A stretch of 64,000 bases of DNA from NCBI RefSeq assembly GCF_009914755.1, contig NC_060937.1; one strand, 5' to 3'. Shown in pieces: positions 21,317 to 38,449 of the stretch (position 1 is its first letter; each line of letters opens with the position of its first letter). The stretch is from the human T2T-CHM13v2.0 reference genome, Homo sapiens. A program made the translations under genes and the position numbers. Below the pieces are notes generated by a model that was not told the DNA's origin, did no database searches, and worked only from the letters and a program-made list of their open reading frames with translations.

Positions 21317-22221
21317 GGGGAGGAGCCAAGATGGCCGAATAGGAACAGCTCCGGTCTACAGCTCCCAGCGTGAGCGACGCAGAAGACGGGTGATTTCTGC
21401 ATTTCCATCTGAGGTACCGGGTTCATCTCACTAGGGAGTGCCAGACAGTGGGCGCAGGCCAGTGTGTGTGTGCACCGTGCGCGAGCCGAAGCAGGGCGAG
21501 GCATTGCCTCACCTGGGAAGCGCAAGGGGTCAGGGAGTTCCCTTTCCGAGTCAAAGAAAGGGGTGACGGACGCACCTGGAAAATCGGGTCACTCCCACCC
21601 GAATATTGCGCTTTTCAGACCGGCTTAAGAAACGGCGCACCACGAGACAATATCCCACACCTGGCTCAGAGGGTCCTACGCCCACGGAATCTCGCTGATT
21701 GCTAGCACAGCAGTCTGAGATCAAACTGCAAGGCGGCAACGAGGCTGGGGGAGGGGCGCCCGCCATTGCCCAGGCTTGCTTAGGTAAACAAAGCAGCCGG
21801 GAAGCTCGAACTGGGTGGAGCCCACCACAGCTCAAGGAGGCCTGCCTGCCTCTGTAGGCTCCACCTCTGGGGGCAGGGCACAGACAAACAAAAAGACAGC
21901 AGTAACCTCTGCAGACTTAAGTGTCCCTGTCTGACAGCTTTGAAGAGAGCAGTGGTTCTCCCAGCACTCAGCTGGAGATCTGAGAACGGGCAGACTGCCT
22001 CCTCAAGTGGGTCCCTGACCCCTGACCCCCGAGCAGCCTAACTGGGAGGCACCCCCCAGCAGGGGCACACTGACACCTCACACGGCAGGGTATTCCAACA
22101 GACCTGCAGCTGAGGGTCCTGTCTGTTAGAAGGAAAACTAACAACCAGAAAGGACATCTACACCGAAAACCCATCTGTACATCACCATCATCAAAGACCA
22201 AAAGTAGATAAAACCACAAAG
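21317..22221 (+). promoter_or_regulatory. L1HS 5' UTR: CpG-rich internal sense promoter, antisense promoter, YY1 site at 21327-21336
   Basis: CAAGATGGCC YY1 motif, largely intact CpGs, splice donor GAG|GTACCG at 21414. Confidence 0.9.
21551..21766 (-). CDS. ORF0: L1 ORF0 (71 aa antisense ORF)
   Basis: MAGAPPPASLPPCSLISDCCASNQRDSVGVGPSEPGVGYCLVVRRFLSRSEKRNIRVGVTRFSRCVRHPFL*, within track ORF 21551..21835. Confidence 0.85.
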   Translation of the reverse strand: MAGAPPPASLPPCSLISDCCASNQRDSVGVGPSEPGVGYCLVVRRFLSRSEKRNIRVGVTRFSRCVRHPFL

Positions 22222-23238
22222 ATGGGGAAAAAACAGAACAGAAAAACTGGAAACTCTAAAACGCAGAGTGCCTCTCCTCCTCCAAAGGAACGCAGTTCCT
22301 CACCAGCAACAGAACAAAGCTGGATGGAGAATGATTTTGACGAGCTGAGAGAAGAAGGCTTCAGACGATCAAATTACTCTGAGCTACGGGAGGACATTCA
22401 AACCAAAGGCAAAGAAGTTGAAAACTTTGAAAAAAATTTAGAAGAATGTATAACTAGAATAACCAATACAGAGAAGTGCTTAAAGGAGCTGATGGAGCTG
22501 AAAACCAAGGCTCGAGAACTACGTGAAGAATGCAGAAGCCTCAGGAGCCGATGCGATCAACTGGAAGAAAGGGTATCAGCAATGGAAGATGAAATGAATG
22601 AAATGAAGCGAGAAGGGAAGTTTAGAGAAAAAAGAATAAAAAGAAATGAGCAAAGCCTCCAAGAAATATGGGACTATGTGAAAAGACCAAATCTACGTCT
22701 GATTGGTGTACCTGAAAGTGATGTGGAGAATGGAACCAAGTTGGAAAACACTCTGCAGGATATTATCCAGGAGAACTTCCCCAATCTAGCAAGGCAGGCC
22801 AGCGTTCAGATTCAGGAAATACAGAGAACGCCACAAAGATACTCCTCGAGAAGAGCAACTCCAAGACACATAATTGTCAGATTCACCAAAGTTGAAATGA
22901 AGGAAAAAATGTTAAGGGCAGCCAGAGAGAAAGGTCGGGTTACCCTCAAAGGAAAGCCCATCAGACTAACAGCGGATCTCTCGGCAGAAACCCTACAAGC
23001 CAGAAGAGAGTGGGGGCCAATATTGAACATTCTTAAAGAAAAGAATTTTCAACCCAGAATTTCATATCCAGCCAAACTAAGCTTCATAAGTGAAGGAGAA
23101 ATAAAATACTTTATAGACAAGCAAATGCTGAGAGATTTTGTCGCCACCAGGCCTGCCCTAAAAGAGCTCCTGAAGGAAGCGCTAAACATGGAAAGGAACA
23201 ACTGGTACCAGCCGCTGCAAAATCATGCCAAAATGTAA
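22222..23238 (+). CDS. ORF1: L1 ORF1p, 338 aa RNA-binding chaperone, intact
   Basis: Canonical length; coiled coil plus intact REKG, ARR and YPAKLS motifs. Confidence 0.98.
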   Translation: MGKKQNRKTGNSKTQSASPPPKERSSSPATEQSWMENDFDELREEGFRRSNYSELREDIQTKGKEVENFEKNLEECITRITNTEKCLKELMELKTKARELREECRSLRSRCDQLEERVSAMEDEMNEMKREGKFREKRIKRNEQSLQEIWDYVKRPNLRLIGVPESDVENGTKLENTLQDIIQENFPNLARQASVQIQEIQRTPQRYSSRRATPRHIIVRFTKVEMKEKMLRAAREKGRVTLKGKPIRLTADLSAETLQARREWGPILNILKEKNFQPRISYPAKLSFISEGEIKYFIDKQMLRDFVATRPALKELLKEALNMERNNWYQPLQNHAKM

Positions 23239-23277
23239 AGACCATCGAGACTAGGAAGAAACTGCATCAACTAATGA

Positions 23278-27129
<3,852 letters not shown>

Positions 27130-28998
27130 ACAATGAGATCACATGGACACAGGAAGGGGAATATCACACTCTGGTGACTGTGGTGGGGTCGGGGGAGGGG
27201 GGAGGGATAGCATTGGGAGATATACCTAATGCTAGATGACACATTAGTGGGTGCAGCGCACCAGCATGGCACATGTATACATATGTAACTAACCTGCACA
27301 ATGTGCACATGTACCCTAAAACTTAGAGTATAATAAAAAAAAAAAATTAAAAAAAAAAACAAAAACAAAACAAAACAAAAAAAAAGCTAGTCCCACATGG
27401 CTTACAGATGAAATGTATCAGCTGCATAATTTGGGGTGTTCTACTTGGCATTTATAGGTGGAGTCTGGCAGTCCCCCTTCTCAGGGTAAACAGATCTTAC
27501 AGTGGCTTTTATTCAGTCCATCAGGCTTGCTGTTCCCTCAGGAATAACCTCCTGTGTGTCTGGATTATGTACACCCATGTGCAATTGTTCAGCATTGAGT
27601 TGTGGGTCCTGCATCAAACCAAACATGCTCTTCCATTCTGCAGCATTCAAAACCAAAGATACTGCCCCTAAATTAGTTATTCTCATAATCCATTTTTATA
27701 AAGGTTCCTCAAGAGGTGGATGATACAGATCTACAAAATGGAATAGTTCCTTTACACCATACCCTCTAGTTTCAATAATTATTTGGTTCTTCCCTTCTCC
27801 CACAGGTCACCACAGGTCTCAGAGGTACTTTCTGTTGTTCCTGCATAATTTTTCCCTTGTGCCATGGTTCTGAGGCTAGTGGCTGAAGCTTAGACTCACT
27901 GAAATCTAAGTTTGGTGTATGTAGTGTCACGGTCTAACCCAGCACTTTCTTTTAATTTTATTTTAGCTAGTATAGATAACAATAATCAAGGGATTGAATA
28001 GTTTGCTTTTTTCTGATTAGTTTGCATTTTCTTATGCATCCGGTGAACCAATTCTCCATCTCTAAATTCCATTGGTAACTTTTACCTTTAGTAACTCAGC
28101 AGAGCACTGTGACTTCATATCACAGGTGATTGTTTGGCCACCCAGGAATCAAGGGTTTCTCATCCCCCAGGCTTTTATCCTTTCTCTTCTCAAACCAAAT
28201 GTTTCTCTGAACCTGAGCCATTCTAGCTAATCCCACTTCACTAACATCAATTGTTCCTGAAAAACTCTCAGAACATTTTTTTCTGTGTTCTTATACCACA
28301 ACAATCAATGAGGAAGACTTCTGTGACCCTGAAATATGTGGGAATTTCTTCTCCCCAGCAAACAAGCAGTCCTCTTCCTGCTGGGTGTCCTCCAATTCAG
28401 TTCTGACACCATCTGCCTGGAGATAGCCTTAGATCCCACAGGTTGACGGCTCAGTCCCCAAGACTGCTTCCCCAGACACCAGTCATAAGTCCAGACCTCC
28501 AGATCTTCTGACTGACTGACTTTAAGTTGGGGTTCCCACAGCCCCTTCTTTGGGTTCCTTTAATTTGCTGGAGCAGCTCACAGAACTCAGGGAAACACTT
28601 AGGTTTACTGGTTTATTTTAAAGGATATTATCAAGGATGCAGATGAAGAGATGTGTAGGGCAAGGTATGGGGGAAGGAGTGTGGAGCTTCCTTGCCCCAC
28701 TTGGGTGCTCAACCCCCAGGAATCTGCACATGTTTAGCTATCCAGGAACTGTTCAAACCCTGTCCTTTTGGGGTTTTATGGAGGCTTCATTATATAGGCA
28801 TGATTGACAACCATTTAAAAATGTGATTGAACAAGAAGCCCATGTTCTAAACCCAGAAAGACCTCCTTATTCAGACTTTTCTTGGCCTCTCTGTGTAGTA
28901 TTTCTTCCTCTAGGTTATGGGGCAGGACATTTTCTGGAATTAGAGTCTTTTGACCCACAATCAGATTAAATTCCTACCTTGGGCAGGTACAAGGACAC

Positions 28999-30101
28999 TG
29001 ATAGAGGCAAGAGGCACACAAATTCCTAGGCAGAAACGGCCAGGTCCCCAGTGAAACCCAACCTTCAAGCCAGGCTATCAGCTCAGGGTGGGGTCCACAG
29101 CCAGGAGTGAGAACTTCCTCGATGCCTTTTAGCTAATCAAATGGTGCTTTTCCCAAGCCCGCCTATGGACCAGTCAGCACACACTCCCCGATCCTGAGCC
29201 CATAAAAACCCCAGACTCAGCCACATATTGGGACTACCTGCCTTAGTTAGGGCACCCTCTCATACAGAGGGCTACCCACTTTGGGTCCCGTCTTGTGTTG
29301 AGAGCTGTTCTTGCATTGAATAAAACCCTCCTCCACCTGGCTCACTCTCCAGTGTCTGTGTAACCTCATGCTTCTTGGATGTGGGACAAGAACCTGGGAC
29401 CCGCTGAACAGTAGGAGTGAAAAGGGTTATAACACTTTCCTGGCTGGCTCACTGAGCTGAGGGTGGTGACACACTCCTGTTCACTAGAGCAGCAACCCTT
29501 CTAGGGGCCTAGACCTCAGGATTCCCTGAGCCAGAGCTGTAACACTGTAATCCTCCCACCCTTTGCTGGTGCTGGGCAGCTGCCCCACATTATGGGAACT
29601 GGCAGCGGTGGGGCTGGGCCAGCCCAGGAGCCACGGGCTGGAGTGGGGTGGCAGGACCAAATGAGCTGGGACATGCCCCCATTCACGAAAGCATGCAGAT
29701 GGTAGGAATGAATGAGCTATAACAGGAACAAGCTGTGATGCTTCCTGGGGGCTCAGAGCTTAGGACTCCCTGAGCAAAAGGGTAACACCCCTTGGGGCTC
29801 CGCAGTTGCTGGCATCTCCAAGTTTTCAGGCTCTGCTGCATCCCCCACCCCTTGTCCAGATGCTGGCACCCAAGGCAGAAGCCAGTCACAGCATGCCCAG
29901 CCCAGCTATGGGCTGAGCACAGAGCCACAGCAGGTGTGGAACCTGGGCCAATAACATGAGCTAAGCATTGCCTGCCAGGCTTAATGGGCAGAGCAAGTCT
30001 AGTGGCAAGCCCAGAGCTGAGTGAGGCCCCGGCCAGAGGTGCAGCTGGCCAACCGTGGAGATTTCTGGCTGGTGAAGCAGCACTGAAAGAATCTTGTGTC
30101 A
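28999..30101 (+). mobile_element. Solo ERV1 LTR (MER52/LTR27/LTR28-like)
   Basis: TGATAGAGGC...GTGAAACCCAACCTTCAAGCC...CATAAAAACCCCAGACTCAG...AATAAA(29319)...GTGTCA. Near-TSD ACAC/ACAG. Confidence 0.65.
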
Positions 30102-30240
30102 ACAGGAGAAGGTCAGAGAGAGAGATTGTTTCCTGACATCTGCTCCTGAGGCCTAATAAAGCAACCCAGCATTATAATAAAAGACTAACAAGGGCTATGG
30201 GAGTTAAGAGCCAGGAACTCTGGATGTAAACCAATATATA

Positions 30241-30276
30241 TGTATTAGTCCATTTTTACACAGCCAAACCATATCA
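30241..30276 (-). mobile_element. 36-bp internally deleted THE1/MST LTR remnant
   Basis: TGTATTAGTCCATTTT joined to ACACAGCCAAACCATATCA, i.e. both THE1 LTR termini; 5-bp TSD ATATA. Confidence 0.75.
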
Positions 30277-30297
30277 ATATATAATCATAATATCACA

Positions 30298-31942
<1,645 letters not shown>

Positions 31943-32299
31943 CCGAAAACAGGATAGTGTTCAAAGAACATTTTCTAGTCACTCAGAAACCATCAACATT
32001 GTCAGAGGCCTTGACCTTCAGACAGATATAAACCTGATTGGAAGTCTTGTGAACTCTTTGAGCACCAACACTTGTCACTGGTCAGAGTTTCTTTTCATAT
32101 ATTAAATTCGTTTTCTTCACTTTCAGCTTTAGCTTTATTAGCTAGGGTATTTTTATAAGACTCATGAGTGGGGATGGGAAAGGTGATCTTTTCATGTACT
32201 TTGTTTTGTTCTTACCCATCCCTCCCACCAAAAAATGAGACCAGAACTGTTAATGTTACTATTGCTCTGTGAGAAAAGATATCTTGGTGAATAATTTAG

Positions 32300-35200
32300 A
32301 GACAGGGCTCAGAAGAAGAGAGGAAAATGTGGGAAAGTTTGGAACTTTAGCCTAGAGACTTGTTGAATGGCTTTGCCCAAAATGTTAATAGTCATGGACA
32401 ATAAACTACAGGTTGAGGTGATGTCAGATGGAAATGAGAAACTTGTTGGGAACTGGAGTAAAGGTGATTCTTGCTGTGTTTTAGCAAAGAGACTTGTGGC
32501 ATTTTGCCCCTGCCCTAGAGATTTGTGAAACTTTCAACTCGAGAGAGATGATTTAGGGTATGTGGTGGAAGAAATTTCTAAGCAGAAAAGCATTCAAGAG
32601 CTGACTTGGATCCTGTTAAAGGCATTCAGTTTTACAAGGGAAGCAGAGCATAAAAGTTTAGAAAATGTGTACCCTGACTACGCGATAGGAAAGAAAAACC
32701 CATTTTCTGGGGAGAAAGTCAAGCCGGCTGCAGAAATTTGTGTAAGTAGCAAGTAGCCGAATGTTAATTCCCAAGATGGGGGAAATGTCTCCAGGTCATG
32801 TCAGAGACCTTCGCAGCAGCTCCTTCCCCTGCTCCCCTACCTCCGCATCACAGGCCCAGAGGCCCAGGAGGAAAAAGTGGTTTGTTTCGTGGGCTGGACT
32901 CAGGGTCCCCATGCTGTGTGCAGTCTGGGGACTTGGTGCTGTGCATCCCAGCCACTCCAGCCGTGTCTAAAAGAGGCCAAAGTACAGCTTGGGCTGTGAC
33001 TTCAGAGAGTGGAAGCCCCAAGCCTTGGCAGCTTCCATGTGGTGTTGAGCCTGCGGGTACACAGAAGTTAAGAATTAAGGTTTGAGAACCTCTGCCTAGA
33101 TTTCAGAAGATGTATGGAAATGCCTGGATGCCCAGGCAAGTTTGCTGCAGGATAGCGGCCCTCATGGAGAACCTATGCTAGTGGGGAAGGGAAATATGAG
33201 GTCGGAGCCCCCACACAGAGTCCCTACTGGGGCACCACCTAGTGGAGCTGTGAAAAGAGGGCCACTGTCCTCCAGACCACAGAATGGTAGATCTACTGAC
33301 AGCTTGCACCATGCATCTGGAAGAGCCGCAGACACTCAATGTCAGCCTGTGAAAGCAGCCAGGAGGGAGGCTGTACTCTGCAAAGCCACAGGAGAAGGGC
33401 TGCCAAAGACCATGGGAACCCACCTCTTGCATCAGTGTTACCTGGATGTGAGACATGGAGTCAAAGGAGATCCTTTTGGAACTTTAAGATTTGACTGTAC
33501 CACTGGATTTTGGACTTGAATGGGGCCTGTGGCCTCTTCATTTTGGCCAATTTCTCCTATTCAGAATGGCTGTATTTACCCAATGCCTATACCCCCATTG
33601 TATCTAGGAAGAACTAACTTGCTTTTGATTTTACAGGCTCATAAGTGGAAGGGATTTGTCTTGTCTCAGATGAGACACTGGACTATGGACTTTTGAACTA
33701 ATGTGGAAATGAGTTAAGACTTTTGGGGACTGTTGGGAAAGCATGATTGGTTTTGAAATGTGAGGACATGATATTTGAGAGGGGGCAGGGGTGGAATGAT
33801 ATGGTTTGGCTGTGTCCGCACCTAAATCTCAACTCGAATTGTATCTGCCAGAATTCCCACATATTGTGGGAGGGACCCAGTGGGAGGTAATTGAATCCTG
33901 AGGGCTGGTCTTTCCCATGCTGTTCTCATGATAGTGAATAAGACTCATGAGATCTGATGGGTTTATCAGGGGTTTCCACTTTTGCTTCTTTCTCATTGTC
34001 TTTTGCTGCCACCATGTAAGAAATGCCTTTTGCCCTCTGCCATAATTGTGAGACCTCCCCAGCCACAAGGTGGAACTGTAAGTTAAATTAAACCTCGTTT
34101 GCTTCCCAGTCTTGAGTATGCCTTTATCAGCAGCGTAAAAATGGACTAATGCATTACATTGGTACCAGGAGTGGGGTGTTGCTGAAAAGATACTCAAATA
34201 TGTGGAAGTGACTTTGGAACTGGGTAACAGGCAGAGGTTGGAACAGTTTGGAGAGCTCAGAAGAAGACAGGAAGATGAATGAAAGTTTGGAACTGCCTAG
34301 AAACTTGTTGAATAGTTTTGACCAATGAAGTCCAGGCTGAGATGGTTTCAGATGGAGATGAGGAACTTATTGGGAACTGGAGCAAAGGTCACTCTTGCTG
34401 CGTTTTAGCAAAGAGACTGGTGGAATTTTGCCCCTGCCCTAGAGATCTGTGGAGCCTTGAACTTGAGAGAGGTGATTTAGGGTATCTGGTGGAAGAAATT
34501 TCTAAGGAGCAAAGCATTCATGAGGTGACCTGGCTTATTCTGAAAGCATTCAGTCATATTCATTCACAGAGATGGTTTGAAATTGGAACTTATTAAAAGG
34601 GAAGCAGAGCATAAAGGTTTGGAAAATTTGCAGCCTGACCGTGAGGTGAAAAAGAAAACCCCATTTTCTGGGGAGAAATTCAAGCCAGCTGCAGAAATTT
34701 GTGTAAGTAACAAGGAGCTGAATGTTCATACCAAGACAATAGGGAAAATGTCTCCAGGGCATGTCAGAGATCTTCACAGCTGCCCCTTTCATCACAGGCC
34801 CAGAGGCCTAGGAGTAAAAATGGTTTCGTGGGCCTGGCCCAGGGCCCCACTGCTCTATGCAGCCTCAGGACTTGGTGCCCTGTGTCCCAGATGCTCCAGC
34901 CATGGCTAAAAGGGGCCAAGGTACAGCTTGGCTTTTGCTTCAGAGGGTGCAAGCCCCAAGCTTTAGCAGCTTCCATGTAGTGTTGGGCCTGCAGGTACAC
35001 AGAAGACAAGAGTTGAGGTTTGGGAACCTCTGCCTAGATTTCAGAGAATGTACGGAAATACCTGGATGTCCAGGCAGAAGTCTGCTGCAGGGCTGGGGCC
35101 CTCATGAAGAACTTCTGCTATGGCAGTGCAGAAGGGAAATGTGGGGTTGGAGCCCCCACACAGAGTCCCCACTGGGACACTGCCTAGTGGAGCACTCAGA

Positions 35201-35418
35201 AGAGGGCCACCATCTTCCAGACCCCAGAATGGTAAATCCAGTGACGGCTTCCTCTGTGCACCTTGGAAAAGCCGCAAGCACTTAATACCAGCCTGTGAAA
35301 GCAGCCACAGGGGCTGTCCCCTGCAGAGCCACAGGGGTGGGGCCCAAGGCCTAGGGAGCCCACCTCTTGCATCAGCATGTCCTGGATGTGAGACATGGAA
35401 TCAAGGAGATTTTGGAGG

Positions 35419-35460
<42 letters not shown>

Positions 35461-35717
35461 TTTTTTTTTTTGAGACGGAGTTTCGCTCTTGTCACCCAGG
35501 CTGGAGTGCAATGGCACGATCTTGACTCACCGCATTTGGAGGTTTAATATTTAATGATTGCCTGGCCAGGTTTTGCACTTGCATGGGGCCTGTGGCCCCT
35601 TTGTTTTGGCCATTTTCTCACATTTGGAACAGGAATATTTACCCCCTGTATCCCCATTGTATCTTACAAGTAACTAACTTGCTTTTGATTTTGCAGGCTT
35701 ATAGGTGGAAGGGACGT
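32300..35717 (+). mobile_element. THE1/MST MaLR array: internal (32300-33796), THE1 LTR (33797-34153), internal (34154-35717)
   Basis: LTR TGATATGGTTTGGCTGTGTCC...GGACTAATGCA. Two homologous internal copies (GGCTCAGAAGAAGA, TTTTGCCCCTGCCCTAGAGAT, GAGCCCCCACACAGAGTCCC). Confidence 0.85.
35422..35534 (-). mobile_element. Heavily 5'-truncated AluS with a (TA)n microsatellite in its tail; TSD TTTGGAGGTTT
   Basis: (TA)~17 and poly(T), then GAGACGGAGTTTCGCTCTTGTCACCCAGGCTGGAGTGCAATGG. TSD at 35411-35421 / 35535-35545. Confidence 0.8.
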
Positions 35718-36478
35718 TTCTAATTGGTGTAGGTTCTTAAAACATAGAAAAAATAGGCTTTCTTAGTACTACCCTTTGTGTCTACTTAAAAAAGTTATTT
35801 TTCGATTTTATTTTCCTATAAATTCATTGTTTTCATCCAAACAGCAGCTGCAGTTGCAGGCATTTTTATGACCAACTCACGGATAGTCTTACTTTAGAGA
35901 ACCCAGACTAATACACTGCCCTTTGTAAGCTGTTGTTGGTAATGTGTGTTAAAGGCAGATAGGGGCCAAAAGGTATTCAAAAGTATAAGCAATTAGACAC
36001 AAAAAGTTCTCAGACTTGGGTGGCCTTATTGAGGGAAACGAGCATGGTTGTGCCTCATTATCTGAGGATTTCTAGGATAGCCTCACTGCCCAAATTCTCT
36101 TCCCCACCTGCCAGCCAGGGGCCCAACATGCATTTGCATCTCAGTGGCTCCTTTTTAGGCCATCAGGAATTTTTTTGTTAAATACCAAGTTCATCTGAAA
36201 AGATGTGAGGATTAGTTCACACTCACTTGAAAACAGGACTGGTAGAAATAAGATCTAGAGCACACTGGCCAACTTCACTTCAGTAACCTGCCACTCTCAC
36301 CACACAAATCAGGCAGCCGTATTATGGCAGGGGCTTGTAAAAACTGAGGAACAAGCCCCTTGTGTCTCAGTTTCTCTTCTGTTTCCAGTAATGTACAGTG
36401 TTCATGCATTCTTTTCTTTTTTTGTTGTTGTTTAAAAATTTTATTTATTCTATAAGTCACTCAAATTTCTTCTCTTAA

Positions 36479-36712
<234 letters not shown>

Positions 36713-36865
36713 TAACTATGATCACAGCTTTCTTCAACTACTTTAAACATAAACTTCCCTTTCCACACGAGAGGTAGGTCTCTGGCACTGGGATCTATAC
36801 TGTACGTGAGTACTCTGTGAATGGTGGTTGTTACTATAATAGGAAAGTGAACATTATATTTGCTA

Positions 36866-37072
<207 letters not shown>

Positions 37073-38449
37073 TCATACTTGCTAGAATGTCCCTAACAAT
37101 GGTTGCTTCTAGACAGCCAACTAGTTTTGATTGTCTATTTAAATGGAAAAAAAAAAATTGGTTATAGATTTTAATCTCAGAGAATAAGCCATTAGACTAT
37201 TAAATTATGTAATGCTTAATAAATCGCCTTTGGAGAAAGTGTAGTATAGAAGCTTACTTAGGCAATTAAGTAATATTTATGTAGGATTTATAGGTTTTAA
37301 ATAACAGTTAAAAATCAGTGTTTTAAATGAAGCATCTGCCTAATCTCATACGAAGAAAGATTTTAACTTGATTTATATGGGTAAATCAATTAAGCAGTTT
37401 TCCCTATTACTTCTGTAGTCTTACTATTGGTGCGTGTAGGCAAAATCTTATCAACGGTAGTCATTTAAATTCACTCAGTAGATATTTGTTGCATGTCTTC
37501 TGTGTTCCAGGCAGCATTCTAGTTTATAATCTAATGGATTATACACTTCTGGAGGGCTAGGACCTTTAATTCCTACTTTGCAATTCCCTAGATTGGAACA
37601 ATTCCTACAGGAACCTGCAGGATCTCAACAGTCGTACTACAGGCATCCTGATTTTGTTTAGCCAATACAGTGGTGAAGATAACACGGTTATGGTGGTGGC
37701 TCTTTTGTAGTGATAACCAAACCTGAGCATGTGTGCTGATCTTTGTTAGACGATGGCTTGCATCTACCTGAGGTCATTAACAACAGGAGGGGGAGTCCAG
37801 GGAGGCCTTTGAAAAGACACTAGAGTAAGCCCAAGGAGTGTTGACCTCCTTATCAAAAAAGGTTCAAGCTATTTGCGGCCTTACTGTAATGCATCGGGCT
37901 TTCTGGGTGAAGAGTTAGGGCCAATTAAGGATCAGAACATGGCACCCATTGAGCCAGGATGTTCCACTTTGAAAGTGGCCCTGTTATTTGTATATGGGTT
38001 TATATACTTTATAGCATGATGGCGTTCATATAATATTTTTAACACAGAAGTGACTTGTTATACGATTTCTGCAAGAAAACCATTTTGTTGTCTTCATTGC
38101 ATATTGGATTTAGCTGTTGTTTCCAAGACTGGCACTCAAGGCCTTCTGAAACCTCACTTTACCTTACCTATCTAGAATTGCCTTTCATCATCCCAGTTGG
38201 TTGTTTATTCGTTCAACTGGCCTTGTGTGGGCCAGGCACAGGGAATGCACAGATGAAAGCTGCACAGCCCCTTCCCCACAGGACCTCACAGGCCAGTGCC
38301 AGATTTGCAAATACATTGCATAATTGTCACTGCTCCCCCTTCCCTTGCCCCTGGCAGGCTGTGCTAGACCACCAAGGTGGCACCTTTAACTTCTGTGCTC
38401 AGCGTCTACCCTGCCCCTGGGTACTTCCCACCACCTCTAGTTTTTCTGT

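Larger units (their letters stand above)
28252..30297 (-). mobile_element. MER21 (MER21A-like) ERVL LTR; 5' LTR of the provirus, carrying two nested insertions
   Basis: Minus strand begins TGTGATATTATGATTATAT...GGTTTACATCCAGAGTTCCTGGCTCTTAACTCCCATAGCCCTTG. Its left part is homologous to 16453-17000. Confidence 0.78.

Noticed and set aside
21305-21340. Possibility that this L1 is a 5'-truncated, YY1-site-less escapee
   Set aside because: The 5' end is essentially complete and the YY1 motif CAAGATGGCC is intact.
32562-35495. Multiple 60-140 aa ORFs
   Set aside because: Fragments of decayed THE1/MST internal sequence.
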